Positions 48,263 to 61,233 of a DNA stretch of 64,000 nucleotides are shown in pieces. Location: assembly GCA_004431415.1 (NCBI GenBank), contig QPMI01000395.1:124001-188000 (forward strand), in the 5' to 3' direction. Each line of letters begins with the position of its first letter. The stretch's first letter is position 1. The notes below the pieces were generated by a model that did no database searches, was not told the origin of the DNA, and saw nothing but the letters and a program-made list of their open reading frames with translations. Made by a program: the position numbers and the translations under genes. Source of the DNA: Cyanophora paradoxa CCMP329. Its lineage: Eukaryota; Plantae; Glaucophyta.

Positions 48263-51200
48263 ATGGGCCCTTCGACCTCGCTCCTCCACGATCTCCTCCG
48301 TCTGGTCGGCGCGTCCGCGGCCGACGGCGCCGGCGCCGGCGTGGCGATACCGATGAATCCGAAGTGTCCGTCCGCGCCGGCAGCAGTCGCGCCCGTCAGC
48401 CTGCACCTTTCCAGCAGCGGCGGCGGCACGGCCAAAGCTCCGGATCCGGCTGCAGCTGCCGCCACGGCGGGCGCTGAGCGCGGCTCGCTGGCGGCGCCCT
48501 CGCCGGCCGCGGGCCCGCTCTTCTCGCCCCGCCGTTCCGCGGCGGCGGAGGCTCTTCTCGAGGCCCAGGAACACGTCGCCGAGTGCCTCGCAGACGCCTC
48601 GCCCGCCACGAGGCACGCACGCCACCGCCGCGCGGTCGCCGGTTAAACTGCCGTCTCTGACGGCGCGCCCCGTCCGACCACATGCGCAGCATCGGCGGGC
48701 CGCTTCGCCGCGCCCTCGCGCTCGCAGGGCGGGCGCTGCGCTGCGGCCACGCAAGCATCCATGTCTTTAACGCCGGTGAGCGCGCGCACTGCTGCAGATG
48801 CAGTGATAAACGGGATCTACCGTACCTCCAAGTACTAATTCCGTCGCCCAGCGCGGTCGATGCGCCTGGCATGCATCGCTGAGTACTTCGATCCAGCCAG
48901 CGAGCGCCCCGGGGCCCCGCGGCGCGATCCGCGGCCTTCGAATTCTGGTTCCCGATCCCGAGCCGGCTCTAGATCTCTCGTGCGCGCCCCTGGGTCCAGC
49001 CGGTCGCGATCGCGAGATCAAATCGTGATTTGATCCGGCGTCTGTTACTTCCTGTTTCGCCAGGCACATGTGCATGCTGTTGGTTCGATTCTGGGGTCCG
49101 ACGCGGGCCAGGCGGTTGCGTTCTCGAACGCAGCGTCGGCTTCAGCCGCGGGCAGCGCCGGCGTGCACGTGGCCGGCGGCGCGGCGGGCACCGGCCCAGC
49201 ATGGAGCGAATACCTCGCTCAGCACTCGGCCGACAGCGGCATGGGGTGCAAGGTGTGCTCCGCCTTCGAATTTAAATTCAACTTACCGGTCCAGTATTTG
49301 ACTTCGAGCGTTCCTCAGCTGTGGCACGCGGGCGTCCTGTACGGGTACGTCGCGGTTCCGACGGTTCACCGCGTCGGGTCGGGATCGGAGGAACTGGAGT
49401 GGACGGGGCCCGAGCGGAGCTTCCTCTCCGCGTTCTCGAAGCGAGTCTCGCAGTGTCTCGCCCGCCGCCCCGACGCCCTCGCCTCGGTGCCTCGTCTTTG
49501 ATTTCGGTCGCCTGAACTTATCTCGAATTCCATCGACTTATATATGTCCGGTCCCGCTCGCAACTCCAGCTCTTGGACGAGCTCGAGGGTCCAGAAGCAG
49601 GCGACAGCGGCGAGGAGGGTGCTGCGGATGCAGCTGCAGCGGGGCCGGGCGGAGGATCCGGATCCGAAGCTCGAGGCGACACGGGCGGGCCCTCGACACC
49701 GGCACCTGCGGCGACCGAGCTCAAGCCTCCGGCGGCAGCGCCCCGGGTTCGCTTTGAGATTAGCTCGGCCACAGAGGGAGGAGATGACGGGGCTCCGAAT
49801 TCGGCCGCGAAACCTCCGGATCCCAATTGCAAGTCGCCGATGGCAACTCCGCCGGCCCCGAAGCTTGTCGTCAGCTGCAACTCTCCGGAAAAGAGCGCGC
49901 CGGCGCCGGCGCCCGCCCCGCCGGCCCCGAAGCTTGTCGTCAGCTGCAGCTCTCCGGAAGAGAGCGCGCCGGCGCCGGCGCCCGCCCCGCCCCTCCCGGT
50001 CTCCATTTGCCTCGACGGCGCCGCCCCCGCCTTGGCTATAGCCCTCGAGCTCGGGATCGCTCCCGGCTCCGCGGGGCCGATCGCGACGGATACCGATGCG
50101 TCCCCGCCCCCCTCGAGATCGCCGCCGAGCCCCGATCGCGAGCCCGCGGCCAGCGCCGCGGCCGCGCCCGGCAGCTCGAACGGCAGCGTCGACGCCCGGC
50201 GCCATCGCGATCGGCCGCAGCTGACGCTGCACGTGCCCGCCCCCTCCAGCTCGAGCTCCGGCTGCGGCTCTTCCCATCCGGCGCGGTACCTGCAGCTCTC
50301 GCCCCGCCGCTTCGTGGTCGAGCCAGCGGGCGCCGGCACGAACGCTGCCTTCGCCTCGCCCTCCATCGCCGGCGGCGCCGCGGCCGGTGACAGCAGCGTT
50401 ATAATTAACCGCCGCCGCTCCTGGTCCCCTGTACCCGAGATCGACGCCCCCTCTTCGAGTTCCGACCCCGCCACACCCCCGGACGGACTTGAGGTGCGCC
50501 CCTGCAAGGCTAGCTCGTCTGGTCCGGGACTGCGCACCCAAGGCTTCGGCTTCAATCTCGGTTCGAATTCCCCTCAGATCCTGGAGCACATGGGGGGCGG
50601 CGCCTACGCCGACGTGTACCGCGCGCGCTGGCGCACCAACGCCGTTGTCGTCCGCGTGGTTCGGCCCCCTGCAGATTCAAATTGAAGCAGTTCCATTGAA
50701 AGATCTAGAACTTTGACCTCAAGCGTCTTGCAGATCCGGACCCTCCAAACGGAAGACGCCGCGTCGCTGGCGCGCTTCCGAAGCGAGGTGGCCGCTCTCC
50801 AGTGCGCCCAGTCCGACTCGCTGGCCCCGGGCCCCTCTACTCTGATTATGACTCGCCCGCGCAGTTTGCTGCGGCACCCCTCGCTGGTCCTGTTCATGGG
50901 GGCGTCGATACAGCCTCCGAATCTGTTCATCGTCAACGAGTGCGGCCTATATTTCAAACTCAAACCAGCATCTGAAAATAAAATAATTCTTCAGTTTAAC
51001 GTGAACTTTGAAGCGCCCTGAAATCGAGGCTAAGCGAGGGCCGGGGCGGCGCGCGCGCGTGCGCAGGTACCTCCCGGGTGGCTCCCTGGAGCGGAGGATC
51101 CACGGGCCCGGCGGGGGGCCGCTGCCCCTCACAGAGACCCTCGCCCTCGCCCACACCGTCGCAACGGGCCTCCACTACCTCCGCATGAGCGGCTACCCCC

Positions 51201-52176
51201 ACCGGCACGCACAGGAAATGCTTTAAAATTTCTGATCATGACCTTCAATTCGTGCGCTCACGTTCGATCGTCCGTGTAGGGACCTTCGGCCTGCAAACCT
51301 CTTCTTCGATCTCGACGGGCGCATCAAAATCGCGGGTTCGAATCCTCCGCCGACTCCGATATCGCCGAGTTGAGGCGTACCCTTCCGTCGATTCCGAGTA
51401 TTTCTGTACCCCGGGTGCAGGCTTCGGCCTCTCGGACTCGCGATCGGTCAACCTCGAGGGGGTACTTGCATCCCCGCAGGAACACGCACGGTACCCCTAT
51501 CCACTCCTTAGCTTCTCCCGCCACGTCAATGTATATTTAAGAGCACGAGCGCCCCGCGCATCACAGGTACGCCGCCCCGGAGATCCTTCGGCTCGCATCT
51601 GCGGCGCCCCCGGCCGGGTCCGGGTCCTCCTCGGCTTCGGACTCCCGCTTCGACGTCTACAGCTTCGGAGTCGTCCTTTGGTGCGCTTTTCCGTATAATT
51701 TGCAATCGGAGCTATAGCTAGTTTCTAATGACTCTGCGCGGGGCCGCAGGGAGTGCGCGACGGGCGAGGCGCCTCACGGGGATCTCTCCCCGGCCGAAGT
51801 CGCCGCGAGGGCGGCCGCGGCCGCGCGCGCGGGCGGCGCCGCCGATCGCGGTTTCGAAGCGACACAGCGGCTGCGCGACCCGACCCGTGCGTGGGCCTAC
51901 CCCTCGAGCTCCGGCCTCCGCCGCCCTTCCTCTCCGACGCCGACTAGACTCCCCCTCCCCCCTCTAGATCTCTTCCCCCCTCCCCTCCCCCTCCCCCGTT
52001 CCGCCAGACCCCTAGGCCTTCCCTCCCCTCACTCGAACCCCTCTGCACGCCCGCCCCCCTTCCCCACCCCCCCCCCCCCCCCCCCCCGGCGATAATCCGG
52101 GATAGACAGCTCTAACGACCCCCTCCTCCCCCTCCCGCGATGCAGCCCTGCCCTCCGAATCCCTTTTCCCGCCACC

Positions 52177-52210
<34 letters not shown>

Positions 52211-52463
52211 CGATTATCCAGGATAGACAGCTCTAACAACTCGAACAGATCCCGAACGGTGCCCCGCCCCGCTTGCCCGACTCATCCTGGACTGCCTCAG
52301 TCTCGACCCAATGTGCGGAGCCTTTCTAAGCAGCTCTTTAAATTAATATCGATACTCAGACCCTGACCGCACGTTCTATCTCAGGGCACGGCCCTCTTTC
52401 GCTGCGGTCATCGAGCGCCTGGCTCAGCTGACGGCCACTGTAGCGGCAGCACGCCCGAGCTAA
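48263..52463 (+). CDS. GAF domain + Raf-like/TKL protein kinase (predicted pseudokinase)
   Basis: GAF: LRRALALAGRALRCGHASI..CIAEY..GCK|LWHAGVLYGYVAV..WTGPERSFLSAFSKRV. Kinase: MGGGAYADVYRARW, LRHPSLVLFMGA, YLPGGSL, HR|DLRPANL, IKIA|GFG, YAAPEIL, DVYSFGVVLW, RPSFAAVIERL. Confidence 0.85.
52060..52240. repeat. Intronic tandem duplication with poly-C tracts
   Basis: (C)n GGCGAT.ATCC.GGATAGACAGCTCTAAC occurs twice. Confidence 0.8.
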
Positions 52464-52665
52464 GCGTGAATTACGCCTGCGGCGCTGGCCACGAATTTCG
52501 CGGCAATTTTTGCTTTCTAGATCTGTTCTTTTCACATATGGGGTGTCATGATCTTTTTCACACATGCAGTTGGTGTGCGTGAGTTAGCTTTTTTAGAAAT
52601 TTGTGTCGTGCAGTTGCTGTGTCTATATTTATCGCCGGAAAACATCTGTGATTTCGCACGATAAA

Positions 52666-53351
52666 GATTAAAGATTTTCTATGTGTGTGAAGTGCCGTGG
52701 ACGCCATAATGGATTTCGTATTTCACTGAGTCTTTTTTTTGCAAAAGTGGACGTCGCATTGATACACCACGGCACATGTATCAATGTTCTACGTGACGTG
52801 CCCTTCCGACCGGTCAACTATCTAGCCGAAGGTGCTATCTAGGTGCTTCGTATTTCACTGAGTCAGCTGCAGATGCATACTATGATAGCTGTAGATCAGG
52901 GATTCTAAGTATTTGCAGAGTGCGGATTAGACGTTCGCCAAGCTTAAACGCATGCTTCATTGTTTCGCTTGTATCGATTAAGATTTTCTCTGTGTGTGAA
53001 GTGCCGTGGACACCATAATGGATTTCGTATTTCAGCTGCAGATGCATAGCTGTAGATCAGGGATTCTAAGTATTTGCAGAGTGCGGATTAGACGTTCGCC
53101 AAGCTTAAACGCATGCTTCATTGTTTCGCTTGTATCGATTAAGATTTTCTCTGTGTGTGAAGTGCCGTGGACACCATAATGGATTTCTTATTTCAGATGC
53201 ATATGCATATGCATAGCTGAATTTCAGGGATTCTAAGATACCAGACTTATTTCTAGATATATACACTGTGACAGCACCCTATATAGCTATTTGCAGAGAG
53301 TTTCTAGATATATACACTGTGACAGCACCCTATATAGCTATTTGCAGAGAG
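52666..53351. repeat. Complex tandem repeat (~160-bp units, plus a 51-bp unit twice)
   Basis: AAGATTTTCTC.TGTGTGTGAAGTGCCGTGGAC.CCATAATGGATTTC occurs three times; TCTAGATATATACACTGTGACAGCACCCTATATAGCTATTTGCAGAGAG twice. Confidence 0.9.
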
Positions 53352-53986
53352 CAGGTTAGCCGTTTGCCAAACTCAAACTCTTCTCTGTTTCGCTTCTTTG
53401 TTTCTTTGATATTTAGATATCGATTCAAGTGCCTAGTTCGACAGCTTCTGATTCTAGTCAATTAAGAAGCCCAGCGGGACTGCTGGAAGGGCGATTCCCT
53501 TCGAGCGCGGTCGGATATCGATGAGGACTCCGGGAGGAAGGCCTCATGATCAGGACTGCGCATGTGCATGCTGGAGGTCGACCAATGACGCGCGAGACGA
53601 ACGTACGCCTAGCCTATCGGATCTCTTATCTATGTTTGCATTGCGAAAAACCTATATGAATGTTGCAGCTGAAGAATCTTGCAATATGCGATTCTCGGTC
53701 TGAACTGCGCATGCGTGCTCGCCTAATGTATCTGAGAGTGCACCCTAGCAGCCTAAGCTTTAGCTGGCGGAGAGTCAAAGAACGGGGCAACGAAGCTACG
53801 TATATATATATATATATATGCTGTTCGTAAAAAGAAAAAAGACGATCGCGAATTTTTTGAAGCAGAGAGAATTTCGGTGCTATGGTACCGGTGGAAGTCG
53901 AAGCAAAAAATTGAACAGGAGAACGCTTATGATCGTTGAATTCGAAGCCGCTGACGAATAGAGTCCAGAGCGCGCGGAGCCGCGCA

Positions 53987-55120
53987 CTACGGTCCGGCGG
54001 GGGCGGGCGCGGCCGCCTCGGCCGCCCGCGCGGCGGCGAGGGCGTTGGAGACGGCCACGAGTTCGTCCAGGAGCCGCCGCTGCATCCGCTGGAGCCGCTC
54101 CGCCGGCAGCCCCGCGAGGGCCTCCGGAGCCGGAATAAGGTTCTCCTGCGCGGCCTCCAGCTCGGCCCGCAGCTGCTCCGCCAGCGCCCGCGATTCCGCC
54201 AGCTCGTCCCGGAGCTGCGCGAGCTGCTCGAGGGCGGGCGGCTCGAGCTCGAGCTCGTCCTCCGCGGCCGGCGACGTCGACTCGGGCTCCATCACGGCGG
54301 CTGCTGCTGGCTGCGGCTCCACCGCGGCAGCTGCTGGCTGCGGGGCAAGGCTTTCGAAATAGTTCACCGGACTGCCAATTCGGGAAGAAGGCCGGCTCAT
54401 GTGCTGGTACTCAAGAACGATAATGACCCTACAAAAGGATCCGGAGTTATTACACGCTGCAGGATTTGATGTATTTTAATTTTCGAGATCTAGAACGGAT
54501 CATATGCATGACATTTAAAATTTTAAGGGTGCAAATAGCTATAGTTAGTATTAGTTACATGTACAGATAACGCACGATTGGTTCAGAATTTTATTCAGAA
54601 CGAATGACTCCAATAGAATGACATCATTCGTCATAAGCTCACTTCTTTCCACATCCTCGTTGAGAGCGGTGCATAGGATGGCGTGCGCGCAGTACTGGCC
54701 ATCTGAGAGGACAAGGCTGATTTCTAGATTAGATAGCACGTAATGGCTTGTGGCAAGAAGCAGCCTCGCGCGCATACCGGTAGCGGTCCGTATTTCCGAC
54801 GCGCTTGAGATCAATGACTTGCAAAGCGGGAGGATTAGATTTAGCCGACTCGTCAGGATTTCCGTGGGCCAAAATACGCCCGAGAGCCCCTGCGTCGAGG
54901 ACGTCGACCGGCTCGTGCGTATGCATAGCCGTCTCCGGCTCCTGCATAGCTATCCCATGAGCCAGGCCTGCTGAATCCTGAATGTCGGGATCCGCCGATG
55001 GCTCTAGCTCCGGATCCACCTTCGCTCTCTTCCGGGAAAGTGACCTGCAGAACCGCATGCATTGTCTTAGCTTAAGCATCGCGATATGAAAACGTCGTGC
55101 CGGAAAGGCGCGTACTCCAT
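53987..55120 (-). CDS. Protein with RPA1 N-terminal OB domain (Rep-A_N) and C-terminal coiled coil
   Basis: LDAGALGRIL..PALQVIDLKRVGNTDRYR|LVLSDGQYCAHAILCTALNEDV..NKILNQS|VIIVLEYQHM..RIGSPVNY, then LEQLAQLRDELAESRALAEQLRAELE..stop; N-terminal RKRAK. Confidence 0.8.
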
Positions 55121-56080
55121 GAGGGCGGCCGCGGGATATATAAATCGATCCGCGAAGATTCGCGCGTGCGAAAGCGTGGAAAGCGCCCCTGGGCACTCCT
55201 GCGTATATATACGTAGATGCATCAGCACGAATAGCCCAAGAAGGGACCGCGCGCCATGCCCCGCGAGCGTGAAACAGGCGGCATTCGTTATTCGAAACAG
55301 GCTTAAGCTTAAACTAAAGCTTGCACTTGCGGGCCTGTAAACGTGACCCTGTGAAGCGGCAGGTGGGCGCCTTCGGCTTCCTGGAGCGCATCGCGTTCAT
55401 CGACGATTACGCGAATTTCGGACCTCGGACCGCGAAAGAAGGGTGCGGACCTCGCGGCCTTGAAAAGGCTCGAATGTGCTGTTCAGGGTTCGAATTCGCG
55501 CGAGCGTGTATAGGAGACCGGCGAAGATTTTGCGGAATTTCGCGGGCGCCGGCGGGTCAGTGCACGTGTACCCTGCGAATCTGCTCAGCGATTCCTGTGG
55601 GCCTGACCCCTTCGAATTCAGCCTCCCTTTCTGCTCCCTTTCTGAGGCGAGACCCTCTCTTCGAATTCCGCTTAAATGTATATATAAGCTTCTCCTCTTT
55701 CCGGAATCCCTCTAGATCTAGATCTGTGGCTCTCTTCGAATTCAAGTTCCCTCTAGAGAAATGCGAGCTCGGGATCGAGCTCGAGGCGTGCCCGGGTCTA
55801 GGCCCTCTATAGCTAGGGCCCGGGGGGAACGTTCCACGACGTCGACACTTGCAATTGGCGCCGCGGCGCCGGCGCCGGCGCCGGCGCCGCGCGCGCGACG
55901 TCGACGACGCCCGAATTTCATCTCGGCCGCCGCGCGCCAGGATCCGGAATTAAAAAGCAGAAATTGAAGGCCAGCGCGCATCATCGCTCAGCTGACACTC
56001 CTTCCTCCCCCTCAACTTCACCTGTACCCGGCACGTGAAAAAAACACAGATCGGCGGTCTCCGGAGAGCGACAAGCAACG

Positions 56081-59000
56081 ATGGCGGAGCGCGAAGCCGC
56101 GCCGATCATGAGCTTGCCGGGTGCGCACACTCGCTAGAGCTCCACCCGCACGTAGCACGAAGCGTAAACGCGCCCGCCCGGACGCGGAGGCTCTCGCTGC
56201 AACGCTGAAGCTATCGCAGATGATCTGGTGCTGGCGGTGATGGAGAGGGCGGCCGCGGCTTGCGGGACGTTCGCCGTCCTGCGTGGCCTCGCCTCCTCTC
56301 GGCGCCGCTTCCAGCGGCTCGCGTACGGGGAGTCCTCGAAGCTCTTCATGGAGCCTGCGTTCGTCAGCGGCCGCCAGGGACCTCGCCCGGTGAGCAAATC
56401 TTGCTCTTGCTCAATCATCGCGCGCGCGCGGGGCACGCGGGGGCCGGGCCAGCACGCGAGCGCGCTCGCTTCGGCTCACGCGCGTGCGCCGCGCAGGCTG
56501 GCGACACGGTCCTGGACGTGGCGCGGCTGGCGGCGCGGTTCGGCGGCCGCGTCGAGCGCCTTCACCTCCGCGACGTTAGCTTCGCCCTCCGATGCGCCGG
56601 CGCCGCCGAGGGCGAGGGCGAGGGCGAGAGCTGCGCCCCTCCGAGCAGCGGAGAGCAGCCGCAGGATGGGGCGGCGGCCGCGGCGGCAGCAGCCGGCGGC
56701 TCTGCCGGCCCGCCTGCCCGCGCGGACGGCATCCTTCTGGAAGCCCTCTGCTCTTGCCCGAACCTGACGCACCTCTCTTTCTCCGGCGCCGGCGCCGAGG
56801 ACGCCCACCGGTCCCTCGCCGCCCTCGAATCCCTCCCCTCCGGCTTCGCCCTGCCCCGCCTCCGCCACCTCGACCTCTGCGGCCACATCGTACCCCTCCC
56901 CGCCTTCCGCCGCCTCCTGGGAGCGTGCTCGGCCTCCCTCGAGCGCCTCTACCTCCGGTGCGCCCCGCCTCCGTACCCCCCTCTCTCCGCCCCGCGCACG
57001 GGCCCGAGCCGCCGGCGCGGCAGGGGTACGCGGGTGGTCGAAAGCGCCATCGACTTCTCCGGCGAGGAGGGCGAGGCGGCGAGGGAGGCGGCCCCCTACC
57101 GCCTGAGGGGCAACGTCCCCATCGTCCACGCCCTCGACGGCCTCGAGTGAGCGTACCCCCCACCCCGCCCCGCCCTCCTCCCCCGGGCCCCGGCTCACCT
57201 GACTCTGACTGAGCCCCCAGCTTCCCGCGGCTGGCGAGCCTGGACGTGTCGAGCTCGGACGACTGCGCGGGGGCGGACGACCTGGGAGGCTTCGCGGCGC
57301 TGCGGGCCCTCCACGCCCGCCTCCCCGCCCTCCGCGACCTCGCCGCCGTGCGCCCCGCCCTTTAATTTGCATTTTAATGCGCCGCAAACGTCCCGCCCTT
57401 CGAATCACTTTAAGATCACAAGCATCGCCGCCGCCGGAATCGTCCCAGTAGTACAAGCATCGCCGCCGCCAAACCTTTAGACCTTTAGAGCAACTCCTGT
57501 TATCTGAGTCCTCTTGGGGTCCCCTCGCCTGCCCCGCCCTTCGTGACCTCGTCGCCGAGCGCCCTTCGAGTCTTTCTGAACACCAACCCCCCGCCCCCCT
57601 CCCCGCCTCCGCCCCTCTCGCTGCCAAACCTATCTCTCTTCAAACCTTGTTAGACGGTGTCGCCGTGACCCCCTCGCCCGTCGCTCCAAACCCCCCCCCC
57701 CCCCCCCCCGGTCGCCCCCACCCCCTGTCCTCCCCTTCCCTCCCCGCCCCTCCCTCCCCTCCCCTTTCCGCGCCTCCCTCCCCCCCCCCCTTTTCTTCGG
57801 CTGCTTACTGTACTCCTAAAGAGGCAGCCTGGCAGCAAAGGCAAAGCTGAGCTTTCAGGCAACGACGCGAAATCGAAATCTGATCCGCCCGCGCCGACGC
57901 GCAGGTCCACTGGTACTACATAGGGGACGCAGAGCGGGGCGAGTGGGAGGCGATGGGGGCGCGCGCCCGCAGCTCCGGCGGCCTCGTCATCGACCTGAAC
58001 CTCGTGCGCCGACCTGCCCACCCGCCCGCCCGAACCCGGGCCGCCCCGTTCTGCCCACCCACAGCCGCGGCCGACACGGCCGGGCGCGGCAGAGGGACAT
58101 GTTGGACCCCGCCGCGCTGCGGGCGCTGCACGCCCACTTCGACGGGGGACCGTTCCTCCGCCCCGAGGGCTCCCGCCTGCCCCTCGCCCGCCTCGCCGCC
58201 CCCGCCTTCCTCAAAGGCGCCCGACCGCCCCCTCCCACCCCTCTGCCCAGCCCGCTGATCTGCCCGGCAGCCGTCTCCTGGCCGCTGCCGGAAGACGCGC
58301 GGCGGCTCGTCTCCGAGCTCGGCGTGTCGCCGGCCGCCCCCCTGCCCGGCGGCGAGCCTCCGTCAGGCCCCTGGGTGAGACTCCCCCTTGAGCTTGAGCT
58401 TAAGCTGCAGCCTTGTCCCATCTCACTGCCGCCCGGCGTCGTCGTCGTCGTCGATGCTAGACGGCGCCGCACTTCCGGGAGCTGGACGAGGCGTGGGGGT
58501 CGAGCGCCCTCCACGCTCTCGCGCGCCACGAGCACACCCTGGACCCCGGGGCCGCCCAGCAGGCGAGCGATCATGACCATGAGCGATCGCGCGCCGCCTC
58601 CGCTCGCTGGCTCACCCGCCAAGCCCGGCTACTAGGCTACTAGGCTTCTTACCGCCGGGCTATAGGCTACTAGGCGAGCGAGCGATCGCGCGCCGCCTCC
58701 ACTCACTCAGCTGATCGCCGCTTTCGCCGCAGCTGATCGAGGAGTGGGGCCTGGCGCCCCTCGTGCACGCCCCGGCGCGCGGGGGCGCCTCCCGTGGCCA
58801 CGCGCCGCTGCACCTCGCCGCAAGCGCCCCCTGGCCCGACATGCTCGAGGTCCTGCTCGAGCTGGGCGCCGACCCCCTCGCACGGGTACGCCCCGGCCCC
58901 GCCCCTGCTCCGCCCCTGTCAGACGGCCGATCGACCGGGCCCTGCATGCGCAGGACGCGGCGGGGTACACAGCCCTCCACGTCGCCTGCGATCTCGGGCG

Positions 59001-59597
59001 GACGGAGGCGGCGCGGACGCTGCTGGAGGCGGCGCAGCGCGCGGGTACCGAGCTCGAGCTCCTGTCCGCGAAGGACGGCGAGGGGCGTACCCCCCTACAG
59101 AGGCTCCTGGGAGCCTGCAGCGCCGTGCGACTCGCCGGACGCTCCCGCATCGCTGCGCAAGCGGTCGGTGCGTCTCTCCGTGTCCCGCCGCAACGGATGC
59201 TGCTATATATAGCTCGCTCCGGGCTGCTACCGACCCCTCCCTCAGAGCTCCTGAGGCTCGATGGCGCAACGCTGGAGGCCCTGGGGGCACGCCAAGCCTT
59301 CCTGGAGGAGCCGCGCTGGGGCGAGAGGGGTACCGAGCCCCTCCTGCACTTCGCGACCTGCACGGGTACCCCCGAAGCCGTGCGGGCCCTGCTCGACGCG
59401 GGCGCCGACCCCTCCTCAAGGTCCGTACCCCCCCTCCCATCCGATCCGTGCCCCCCCCCCCCCCCCCTAAACTTCGTGCGCAGGACAGGGACGGGGCGAC
59501 GGTGGAGGAGGCGGCGGAGCGGGCCCGGCGCTGCGCCGCCCAGGCGCTGTTCGGCAATTCGGGGCCGTTCGGATTCGGCGCTGGGGGGTTCGGCTGA
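56081..59597 (+). CDS. F-box + LRR-like + ankyrin-repeat protein
   Basis: F-box IMSLP|DDLVLAVME..LASSRRRFQRLA. LRR CPNLTHLSFS, LPRLRHLDLCG, SLERLYL. Ankyrin APLHLAA..LLELGADP, GYTALHVAC, GRTPL, VRALLDAGADP. Confidence 0.8.
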
Positions 59598-61233
59598 GGG
59601 CCGCACCCCTCCAGATCTAGAGCCGCCCGCGAGCTGGGATGGTAGTTATACATTTCATTACATTTTACGGACTTCGAATTCATTTTTTCGTAGTTCATGA
59701 CATTTCATTAGTTATACATGGATTTCATCGTGGTTAGACCCTCGCTGCACATTCACTTCTGATCAAGCTTAAGTGCACGTGTACGGAATTTAATTCGTCC
59801 CCGCCCGGGCCCCCACCCCGGGCCCTACATAGGAGGGCAGTCTGGCCGCCGCGGCCTGGCCCAGTGGCCGTCACGCGCGGCACCGGTACCGGATCGGAGC
59901 CGGCCCCGCGCGCGCCGGCCCCGGGCCCGGCCCCCGCCACGGGCTGGCCGGCGCCCGACCGGCGCCCGGCCCGGCAGGCCCGGCTGGGCCACCCGGACGC
60001 CGGGCGGCCGACTTGGCGAGGTCGGCCAGATCGGCCATGGGGGGCCGTGCGCACGCCCGGCCCGGTCCGGCCCGACACGTGCACCACTGCCGGCCGGCCT
60101 GCGCATGCGCTGCCGGCCGCGAGTGCCACGGTGCCGCCGCCGCAGTGCCGACGCCGACCCGCGGCCGTTGTACCGAGGGCCGACGTCGACGCGTGGTCGG
60201 CCGGCGGCCCCCGGCCCCCGGCCCCCGGCCCCCGGCCATGCGCATATGCATGCCCCGCCGGCGCCACAGCCGCCGCACAGCGCCAGGCTAGTAGAGGCTA
60301 CCCCCGGCCGGGCCGGCCCCCCGGGCCCGGGTACACCTACCCGGCCCTAGAAAAAAGTAAGCCGGCTAGGAGGTCGAGTCCTGGTCGACTGGCACAGTGG
60401 CACGTGCCACGTGCACGACGACTGCCTTTTACTTTTTTTTTGCATTTCACTGTACCCGCTTAACCGTTGAACGTGTTAATTAAGTCAGCGCGGTACATAT
60501 ATGATCATGATAAGTCGTATACGCACACGGTAGTACTATACCGGTACCGTACTTGTAACCGTAGTAGACTACTAGTAGTGACGCCGTGACGGTACCGGTC
60601 GGGTCCAAGCAGCCTGCAACTTTTTTAGGCTGCATGCAAGGCATTGCAAGCTAGCTATATAGGCTCCGAGCAGCCTGCACCCGGTGACCATGTACTAAAA
60701 AAAATACTTATATTATACGCGTACGGTGATCATGATTCATGAGTGACCGTGACTCCGTGCACGTGAGTCGGTGACCCGCCGGGCCGCCGGGGCCGGTGAC
60801 CACTGATCATGACCCGGCGCCCCGGCTCGTCTATATTCGTCATACCTGCAATATTAATTTGACGAATATTTGATGCTCTTTAACGGAAATTATGTATGGC
60901 TAGGGTATACTAACAGCTGACCGTCGGACCCGTCTATGGCGGAGTCTTGGGGCTGACGAAAATTTGATGATGTCGAACCATATTTTCGTCACGATTTTCG
61001 GGTTTTGTCGAAATTAAGACTCGACCGTCGGACGAAAATTTCTAGGTTTACAGTAGGTACTACGGAGTCTAGATCTACGGTACGCGTCCCGAGTGCGTTT
61101 TGCTTAATTCAAAGTTTGGTTGAAATTGGTTCTGTCCCTTCCCGGGTCCGCTCTCGCCCAGCAGCTGCCGGGCAGTGCAGCGCATACCTTACTCGAGCTC
61201 TCTTCTTCTCCTCAGGAATTCAAAATCGCCGAC

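Noticed and set aside
52666-53351. CRISPR-like array
   Set aside because: The intervening sequences are themselves duplicated, the repeats are long, there are no cas genes, and the context is eukaryotic.
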